DNA of 64,000 nucleotides. Source: an uncultured delta proteobacterium (lineage in GTDB: Bacteria; Myxococcota; Myxococcia; Myxococcales; Anaeromyxobacteraceae). Location of the stretch: contig CAWFDF010000012.1 of the NCBI GenBank assembly GCA_963814585.1, positions 32,001 through 96,000 on the forward strand, read 5' to 3'. Both the position numbers and the translations under genes were made by a program. Shown here in pieces: positions 57,707-64,000 of this stretch (position 1 is its first letter; every line of letters starts with the position of its first letter). The notes under the pieces are model-generated. The model worked only from the letters and a program-made list of their open reading frames with translations, had not been told where the DNA came from and ran no database searches.

Positions 57707-58219
57707 TCAGCGGCCGAGCGTCGGCTGGCCGGGTTGCCAGCCGGCCGGGACCGCGTCGCCGCTGCGCAGCGCCTCCAGCACCCGCACCAGCTCCGAGATC
57801 GACCGCCCCACCTCCAGGTTGTGGGCGGCGGCGTACTGGATCACGCCCTGCGGGTCGATGACGAAGGTGGCTCGCGCCGCCACCCCCGGGCGCGCCAGCC
57901 ACACCCCGTAGGCGCGGGCGATGGCGCCCCCCGGATCGGTCAGCAGGGGGACGGCCGCGGCGCCGAGCACCTCGGCGATCCAGCGGCGGTGGGTCTCGGC
58001 GTCGTCGATGGAGAGCGCGTAGATCTCGGCCTCCAGCTCGGCACGCCGCTTCCCGAGCTCACGCAGCTCGGTCGGACAGACGGGCGTGAAGTCGCGCGGG
58101 TAGAAGAAGAGCACCACCCAGGCCCCTCGCAGGTCGGAGAGCCTCACCTCCACCGGCTCGCCCCGCCCCCTGACTCCGCTGGCCTTGAAGTCCGGAGCGC
58201 CATCGAGAATGCTCAGCAT
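57707..58219 (-). CDS. AhpC/Prx1-type peroxiredoxin lacking the resolving Cys
   Basis: FFYPRDFTPVCPTE, RATFVIDP, VGRS; GDAVPAGW in place of GEVCPAxW. Confidence 0.9.
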   Translation of the reverse strand: MLSILDGAPDFKASGVRGRGEPVEVRLSDLRGAWVVLFFYPRDFTPVCPTELRELGKRRAELEAEIYALSIDDAETHRRWIAEVLGAAAVPLLTDPGGAIARAYGVWLARPGVAARATFVIDPQGVIQYAAAHNLEVGRSISELVRVLEALRSGDAVPAGWQPGQPTLGR

Positions 58220-58225
58220 CCGCTA

Positions 58226-58254
58226 CAGGTAGGCGTCCACCTCCTCGCCGTCAA
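58226..58254 (-). promoter_or_regulatory. sigma70-type promoter of the peroxiredoxin (leaderless geometry)
   Basis: TTGACG-N17-TACCTG-N6-ATG. Confidence 0.6.
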
Positions 58255-58274
58255 GCCGCGCACCCGGAGCAACC

Positions 58275-59180
58275 ATGACCTCGGCCCTGCTGGCCCTCGC
58301 CCTCGGAACCTTCTCCATCGTCGCCGCCGACGTCCGCACCGGGCAGCTGGGCGTCGCCGTCCAGTCGAAGTTCCCCACCGTCGGCGCCATCGTGCCGGCG
58401 GCGCGGGCCGGGGCCGGCGCGGTGGCCACGCAGGCCCTCGGGAACGTGAAGTGGAAGAAGGAGGCGCTCGACCTGATGGCCCGGGGGGTGGCGGTCGACG
58501 AGGTGCTGAGGACGCTGGTGGCGGCCGACCCCCAGCGCGACGACCGGCAGCTCGGGCTGGTGGACGCGAAGGGCAAGGCGGCCAGCTGGACCGGCAAGCG
58601 CTGCCCCGACCACGCCAGCTCGATCGTGGGCGAGGGCTACGCGGTGCAGGGGAACATCCTGGTCGGCCGGGCCACCCTCACCGAGATGGCCAGGGCCTAC
58701 GAGGCGGCGGTGAAGGCCGGCTTGCCGCTGGCGGAGCGGCTGCTGCTGGCGCTGGAGGCCGGCCAGGCGGCCGGCGGTGACCGGCGCGGGCAGGAGTCGG
58801 CGGCGCTGCTGGTGGTGCGCCCCGGCGGCGGGTACCTGGGCGGCGACGACACCTGGGTGGACCTGCGCGTCGACGACTCGACGGCGCCGATCGCCGAGCT
58901 GCGCCGGCTCTACGCCGACGTGCACCAGTACTACTTCGGCGACACGGTCGAGCTGGTGAAGATCGATCCGGCCCTGGCCCGGGAGCTGCAGTCGTCGCTG
59001 GCCTCGCTGGGCTTCTACAAGGGACCGGCCACCGGCGCCTACGACGCGGCCACGCGCCAGGCCATGGAGGACTGGATGGGCTGGGAGAACCTGGAGGGGC
59101 GCATCAAGCCGGGCGACGTGGTCGACGGGCTGGTGCTGCGCCACCTGCGTAGACAGCTCGCCGAGCGCGGCCGGAAGTAG
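58275..59180 (+). CDS. DUF1028 Ntn-hydrolase-like protein with C-terminal peptidoglycan-binding-like domain
   Basis: TFSIVA, GVAVQS, GAVATQA, VQGNIL, GGDRRGQESAAL, DLRVDD; LQSSLASLGFY..ENLE. Confidence 0.88.
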   Translation: MTSALLALALGTFSIVAADVRTGQLGVAVQSKFPTVGAIVPAARAGAGAVATQALGNVKWKKEALDLMARGVAVDEVLRTLVAADPQRDDRQLGLVDAKGKAASWTGKRCPDHASSIVGEGYAVQGNILVGRATLTEMARAYEAAVKAGLPLAERLLLALEAGQAAGGDRRGQESAALLVVRPGGGYLGGDDTWVDLRVDDSTAPIAELRRLYADVHQYYFGDTVELVKIDPALARELQSSLASLGFYKGPATGAYDAATRQAMEDWMGWENLEGRIKPGDVVDGLVLRHLRRQLAERGRK

Positions 59181-59282
59181 CCGCCGGATCGCCCCGGGGC
59201 GGGCGACCCGGGGCTCGCCTCCCCACGGGGGGCTCTGGTATCGTGCTCGACCCCGCAGCACCCCCTCGGAGGCAACCGCGTC

Positions 59283-60371
59283 ATGAGCCAGAAGAAGCTT
59301 CGCGTCGGCGTCCTCGGCGCCACCGGCATGGTGGGACAGCGCTTCCTGGCGCTGCTTGAGAATCACCCCTGGTACGACGTGACCCTGCTGGCCGCCAGCG
59401 CCAACTCGGCGGGGCAGAAGTACGCCGACGCGGTCAAGGGGCGCTGGGCGCTCAAGTCCGCCATCCCCGACGCCCACGCCGGGCTCACCGTCCGCAACGC
59501 TTCCGACGTCAAGGCCATCGCCGCCGAGGTCGACTTCGTCTTCTGCGCCGTCGACATGTCGAAGGAGGAGACGGCCAAGCTGGAGGAGGACTACGCCAGG
59601 GCCGAGACGCCGGTGGTCTCCAACAACTCGGCCCACCGCGGCACGCCCGACGTGCCCATGATGGTGCCGGAGCTCAACCCAGAGCACGCCCAGGTGATCG
59701 AGCTCCAGCGCAGGCGGCTCGGCGTCAAGCGCGGCTTCATCGCCGTGAAGCCCAACTGCTCGCTGCAGAGCTACGTGCCGGCCATCCACCCGCTCATGGA
59801 GTACGGGCCGAAGAAGATCGCCGTCTGCACCTACCAGGCGATCTCCGGGGCCGGGAAGACCTTCGAGACCTGGCCGGAGATGGTCGACAACCTCATCCCC
59901 TTCATCAAGGGGGAGGAGGAGAAGTCGGAGAAGGAGCCGATGAAGATCTGGGGCCGCGTCGAGGGCAGCGGCATCGTGGCCGCCCGGGAGCCGGTCATCA
60001 GCGCCCAGTGCATCCGGGTGCCGGCCTCCGACGGCCACATGGCGGCGGTCTTCGTCCAGTTCGAGAAGAAGGCCAGCAAGGAGGACATCCTGGCGCGCTG
60101 GAAGGCCTTCGCCGGACGGCCGCAGCAGCTCTCGCTGCCGAGCGCGCCCAAGCCCTTCCTGCAGTACTTCGAGGACGAGTCGCGCCCGCAGACCCGACTC
60201 GACCGCGACGCCGGGAGCGGGATGGCGGTCACCATCGGCCGGCTCCGCCCCGACAGCCTCTTCGACTGGCGGTTCGTGGCGCTCTCGCACAACACGGTGC
60301 GCGGCGCCGCCGGCGGCGCGGTGCTGACCGCCGAGCTGCTCACCCAGGACGGCTGGATCGCCGCGAAGTAG
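59283..60371 (+). CDS. asd: aspartate-semialdehyde dehydrogenase
   Basis: GATGMVGQ, SNNSAHR, KPNCS, YQAISGAG, GEEEK, SHNTVRGAAG. Confidence 0.96.
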   Translation: MSQKKLRVGVLGATGMVGQRFLALLENHPWYDVTLLAASANSAGQKYADAVKGRWALKSAIPDAHAGLTVRNASDVKAIAAEVDFVFCAVDMSKEETAKLEEDYARAETPVVSNNSAHRGTPDVPMMVPELNPEHAQVIELQRRRLGVKRGFIAVKPNCSLQSYVPAIHPLMEYGPKKIAVCTYQAISGAGKTFETWPEMVDNLIPFIKGEEEKSEKEPMKIWGRVEGSGIVAAREPVISAQCIRVPASDGHMAAVFVQFEKKASKEDILARWKAFAGRPQQLSLPSAPKPFLQYFEDESRPQTRLDRDAGSGMAVTIGRLRPDSLFDWRFVALSHNTVRGAAGGAVLTAELLTQDGWIAAK

Positions 60372-60430
60372 CGGCCGCCCCGGCCGGGATCGCTGCGGGA
60401 CGCCACCGGCGGGTGAGCTACACTGCGGTC

Positions 60431-61000
60431 ATGCCGCGCGCGCCCGCCCACCCCATCGACCCGCTGTTCGTCCGCCGCTGGTCCCCTCGCGCCATGTCGG
60501 GCGCGCCGCTGGCCCGGGCGCAGGTCCTGACGCTGCTGGAAGCGGCCCGCTGGTCGCCCTCTGGCGGCAACGGCCAGCCGTGGCGCTTCGCCTGGGCGCT
60601 GGCCGGCACGCCTGGCTTCGACAGGCTCCTCGCCGCCCTGGTGCCGGGCAACCGCGAGTGGTGCGTCCGGGCGGGGGCGCTGGTCCTGCTGGCGGCCAAG
60701 GTGGTGCGCGACGACGGCAGGCCCTCGCCCTCGGCGACGTTCGACGCGGGCGCGGCCTGGATGGGCCTGGCGCTGCAGGGGACGCTCTCCGGCCTGGTGG
60801 TGCACGCCATGGGCGGCTTCGATCGCGAGGCGGCGCGCGCCGCGGTGGCGCTGCCGGCCGGGCTGGAGCCGCAGGTGGTGATCGCGGCCGGCCATCCCGG
60901 TCGCGTCGAGGACCTCCCCGAGAAGCTGCGGGCGCGGGAGCAGCCCAGTGACCGGCTACCGCTCGAGGTCCTGGCGGTCGAGGGGAGCTTCGGCCAGTAG
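60431..61000 (+). CDS. nitroreductase family protein
   Basis: RRWSPRAM, EAARWSPSGGNGQPWRF, FDAGAAW, HAMGGFD. Confidence 0.92.
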   Translation: MPRAPAHPIDPLFVRRWSPRAMSGAPLARAQVLTLLEAARWSPSGGNGQPWRFAWALAGTPGFDRLLAALVPGNREWCVRAGALVLLAAKVVRDDGRPSPSATFDAGAAWMGLALQGTLSGLVVHAMGGFDREAARAAVALPAGLEPQVVIAAGHPGRVEDLPEKLRAREQPSDRLPLEVLAVEGSFGQ

Positions 61001-61092
61001 CCCATGCCGCACCGCGGCAAACACGCCACTTGCGGCGCATCGTCTCGCGGCGTACGAGAACCGTTCGTCACCCCTTGCCAGGAGGATCGTTC

Positions 61093-62214
61093 ATGCGCTC
61101 CACAGGTCGGATTTCCCTAGTCTTCGCCGCTGCCTCGCTGCTGCTCACCGGCTCCGCCCGCGCCGAGACCGTCGTCAAGATCGGCGCCGCGCTCAGCCTC
61201 ACCGGTCCCGCCGCCGCGTACGGCGCGCAACAGAAGGCCGGCATCCTCGCCGCCGTCGAGGAGATCAACAAGTCGGGCAAGCTCAAGGGCGTGAAGCTCG
61301 AGGCGGTCATCGAGGACGACGCCTCCACCAAGGAGCAGGGCATCGCCGTCTTCCAGCGCTTCATCAACAAGGACAAGGTGTCCGCCATCATCGGCCCCAC
61401 CCTCTCCAACACCGCCACCGCCGCCGACCCGCTCGCCCAGGGGGCCAAGGTGCCCGTGGTGGCCGTCTCCAACACGGCGCCCAAGGGGATCACCGACATC
61501 GGTGACTACATCTGGCGTGTCTCGCTCACCGAGGGGCAGGTCATCCCCGGCGCGCTCAAGCGGCTGCAGGCCAAGGTCGGCTTCAAGAAGGCCGGCCTCC
61601 TCTACGGCAACGACGACGCCTTCACGCAGGCCGGCTACAACGTCATGAAGGCCGCCGCCGAGGCCATGGCGCTGCAGGTGGTCGGCACGCAGACCTTCGC
61701 CAAGCCGGACAAGGACTACACGGCGCAGCTCACCGCGCTGCTGGCCGCGAAGCCGGAGATCCTCATCGTCTCGGCGCTGGTCGAGAACGCCTCCGGCATC
61801 GTGGCCCAGGCGCGCCAGCTCGGCTGGCAGGGGCCCATCTTCGGCGGCAACGGGTTCAACAGCCCCAAGCTGATGGCCAACGCCGGCCCGGCCGCCGAGG
61901 GCGTCTACGTCGGCACCGCCTGGAACAAGGTGAGCACCGAGGCGCCCAACCAGGACTTCTTGAAGGTCATGGCGGCGCGCGGCCACGAGCCCGACCAGTT
62001 CTGCGCCCAGTCCTGGACCGGCGTGGCGGTGATCGCCGAGGCGGTCAAGCTCTCCGGCGGCAAGGGTGGGCGCGACGACGTCCGCGCCGGCTTCCTCAAG
62101 CTGAAGGACCTGCCGACGCCGCTCGGCAAGTTCTCCTTCCTCGAGACCCGAGACGGCAACCACGTCCCGGCGCTCCAGGTGGTGAAGGACGGCAAGTTCC
62201 AGATCGTGCCGTAG
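61093..62214 (+). CDS. branched-chain amino acid-type ABC substrate-binding protein
   Basis: Signal peptide; KIGAALSLTGPAAAYG, EDDAS, AIIGPTLS; SD AGGAGG. Confidence 0.92.
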   Translation: MRSTGRISLVFAAASLLLTGSARAETVVKIGAALSLTGPAAAYGAQQKAGILAAVEEINKSGKLKGVKLEAVIEDDASTKEQGIAVFQRFINKDKVSAIIGPTLSNTATAADPLAQGAKVPVVAVSNTAPKGITDIGDYIWRVSLTEGQVIPGALKRLQAKVGFKKAGLLYGNDDAFTQAGYNVMKAAAEAMALQVVGTQTFAKPDKDYTAQLTALLAAKPEILIVSALVENASGIVAQARQLGWQGPIFGGNGFNSPKLMANAGPAAEGVYVGTAWNKVSTEAPNQDFLKVMAARGHEPDQFCAQSWTGVAVIAEAVKLSGGKGGRDDVRAGFLKLKDLPTPLGKFSFLETRDGNHVPALQVVKDGKFQIVP

Positions 62215-62238
62215 CCGGTCCGGGGACCGGAGGCGAGC

Positions 62239-63123
62239 GTGGGGCAGCAGGTCATCAACGGGCTGTTCCTGGGGAGCATCTACGCCCTCTTCGCGCTCGG
62301 CTACACGCTCGTCTTCGGCGTCCTCGACATCCTCAACCTGGCCCACGCCGCGGTCTTCATGCTGGCCACCTTCGTGGCCGTGGCGCTGGTCGGGCACGGC
62401 CTCAGCATCCTCATGGCCTTGCCGCTGGCCGTCCTCTTCGCGGGGCTGGTGGGGCTGCTGCTGGAGCGGGTGGCCTTCCGGCCGCTGCGGGCCCGGACCG
62501 ACTCCAACATCTCCGGGCTGATCAGCTCCCTGGCGGCGGCCACCATCATCGAGGCGGTGGCGCTGGAGATCTGGGGGCCCAACATCACGCGCTTCCCGTT
62601 CGGGACCCTTCCGGACGGGCCGTCCAACCAGCTCCCGCTCTTCGGCGGGACGGTGTCGCGGCTCCAGCTCACCATCATCGCCGTGGCGGTGGTGCTCTTC
62701 CTCGTCCTCACCTGGCTGGTGAAGGGGACGCGGCTGGGCCGCGAGGTCAGGGCGGTGGCGGAGAGCCCACGAGCCGCGCGGGTGCTCGGCGTGAACGTCG
62801 ACCGGGCCATCGCCGCCGCCTTCTTCATCTCCTCGGCGCTGGGCGGCGCCGCCGGCGTGCTCTACGGACTGGCCTTCAACTCCATCTCACCGGACATGGG
62901 GCGCGGCGTGGAGCTGAAGGGGCTGGCGGTGATCATCCTCGGCGGCATGGGCTCGATGCCGGGCGCCGTGGTGGCCGGCTTTGCGCTCGGCCTCATCGAG
63001 GTCTTCGTGGTGGCCAACCTGGGCGGCTCCTGGAGGGATGCCATCTCCTTCGCCGGGCTCTTCCTCTTCCTGGTGCTTCGCCCGCGCGGCCTGATGGGCG
63101 GCGCCGTCACCAGGGAGGCCTGA
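62239..63123 (+). CDS. livH: LivH-type ABC permease
   Basis: QQVINGL..GSIYAL.ALGYTLVFG..LNLAH, ILGGMGS.PG, LRPRGL. Confidence 0.88.
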   Translation: MGQQVINGLFLGSIYALFALGYTLVFGVLDILNLAHAAVFMLATFVAVALVGHGLSILMALPLAVLFAGLVGLLLERVAFRPLRARTDSNISGLISSLAAATIIEAVALEIWGPNITRFPFGTLPDGPSNQLPLFGGTVSRLQLTIIAVAVVLFLVLTWLVKGTRLGREVRAVAESPRAARVLGVNVDRAIAAAFFISSALGGAAGVLYGLAFNSISPDMGRGVELKGLAVIILGGMGSMPGAVVAGFALGLIEVFVVANLGGSWRDAISFAGLFLFLVLRPRGLMGGAVTREA

Positions 63124-63130
63124 GCGCGCC

Positions 63131-64000
63131 ATGGTGGAGCAGCTCTCCGACCTCTACCTGACCTACCAGTCGACGCTCGGCTACATCGGCATCAACGCGC
63201 TGCTGGCGCTCTCCATCTACGTCTCGCTCTCCTGCGGGCAGCTGGCGCTCGGCAGCGCCGGGTTCGCGGCCATCGGCGCCTACGCCGGCGCGCTCGTCAC
63301 CATGAAGGCCGACCTCCCCCTCCCGGTCTCGCTCCTGGTCTCGACGCTGCTCCCGGCGCTGGTGGCGGTGCCGCTCGGCCTTCCGGTGCTGCGGCTGAAG
63401 GGCGTCTTCCTCGCCATCGCCACCATCGGCTTCGGCGAGGTGGTCCGGCTCGGCCTCGTCAACTGGGACTACGTGAACGGGGCGCAGGGGATCGTGGCCA
63501 TCCCGCAGAAGGCCTCGATCTGGATGATCTACCTGGCGGTGGCGGCCACCCTCTTCGTGCTCTGGCGCGTGCGCGGATCGAAGTGGGGCTTCGCGCTGGA
63601 AGCCATCCGCGAGGACGAACCGGCGGCGCGGACCCTGGGGATCCCGACCACCGGGTACAAGCTGTCCATGCTGGTGTTCGGCGCCGCGCTGGCGGGCCTG
63701 GCCGGCGGGCTGGAGGCGCACTTCACCTTCATGGTGGCGCCGAACGGCTTCGGCTTCTCGCGCGTGGTCGACATGCTGGTCTTCGCGGTGGTCGGCGGCG
63801 CCCAGGTGGCCTGGGGCCCGGTGGCGGGAGCCGGGTTCCTCACCGTGCTGCCGGAGGTGCTGCGCGAGCTGGCGCCCCTGGTGGGCATCGAGCCGGGGCC
63901 GCTGCGGCTGCTGATCAACGGCATCGTGCTGCTGCTGGTCATCCTCTTCCTGCCCGCAGGGCTGGTGTCGCTGCCGCGGCAGCTCCGCCTTCGGCGCGCG
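63131..64000 (+). CDS. livM: LivM-type ABC permease, runs off the window end
   Basis: Manual translation: GQLALGSAGFAAIGAY, LRLKGVFLAIATIGFGEVVR, AIREDEPAA, FLPAGL. Confidence 0.88.
   Translation, partial: MVEQLSDLYLTYQSTLGYIGINALLALSIYVSLSCGQLALGSAGFAAIGAYAGALVTMKADLPLPVSLLVSTLLPALVAVPLGLPVLRLKGVFLAIATIGFGEVVRLGLVNWDYVNGAQGIVAIPQKASIWMIYLAVAATLFVLWRVRGSKWGFALEAIREDEPAARTLGIPTTGYKLSMLVFGAALAGLAGGLEAHFTFMVAPNGFGFSRVVDMLVFAVVGGAQVAWGPVAGAGFLTVLPEVLRELAPLVGIEPGPLRLLINGIVLLLVILFLPAGLVSLPRQLRLRRA

Overview
Very GC-rich chromosomal DNA from a Myxococcota bacterium, with gene content most like Anaeromyxobacter. About 26 kb (5.8-31.7 kb) is one contiguous Glt adventurous-gliding locus: gltB-A-C-D-E-F-G-H-I-J on the minus strand, with a divergent gltK. 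The run continues into a TIGR04552-like gene with a recognisable but substituted RelA/SpoT synthetase motif set, followed by a small zinc-finger gene. The rest of the window holds an M61 peptidase, kdd, tRNA-Leu(UAA), ffh, DUF192, PilZ and membrane-HExxH genes, acnB, a rearranged cbb3 oxidase operon with maturation genes, a molybdopterin oxidoreductase, tRNA-Cys abutting a Cys-rich gene, a putative sigma54-driven three-ORF unit ending in a FliK-like gene, argJ, asd, a peroxiredoxin, a nitroreductase and the start of a Liv-type ABC transporter. Six genes are broken by apparent single extra bases, most likely sequencing or assembly errors. Several genes have leaderless promoter-ATG geometry. I saw no CRISPR array, IS element or prophage. 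All family assignments come from motif recognition, not database searches.
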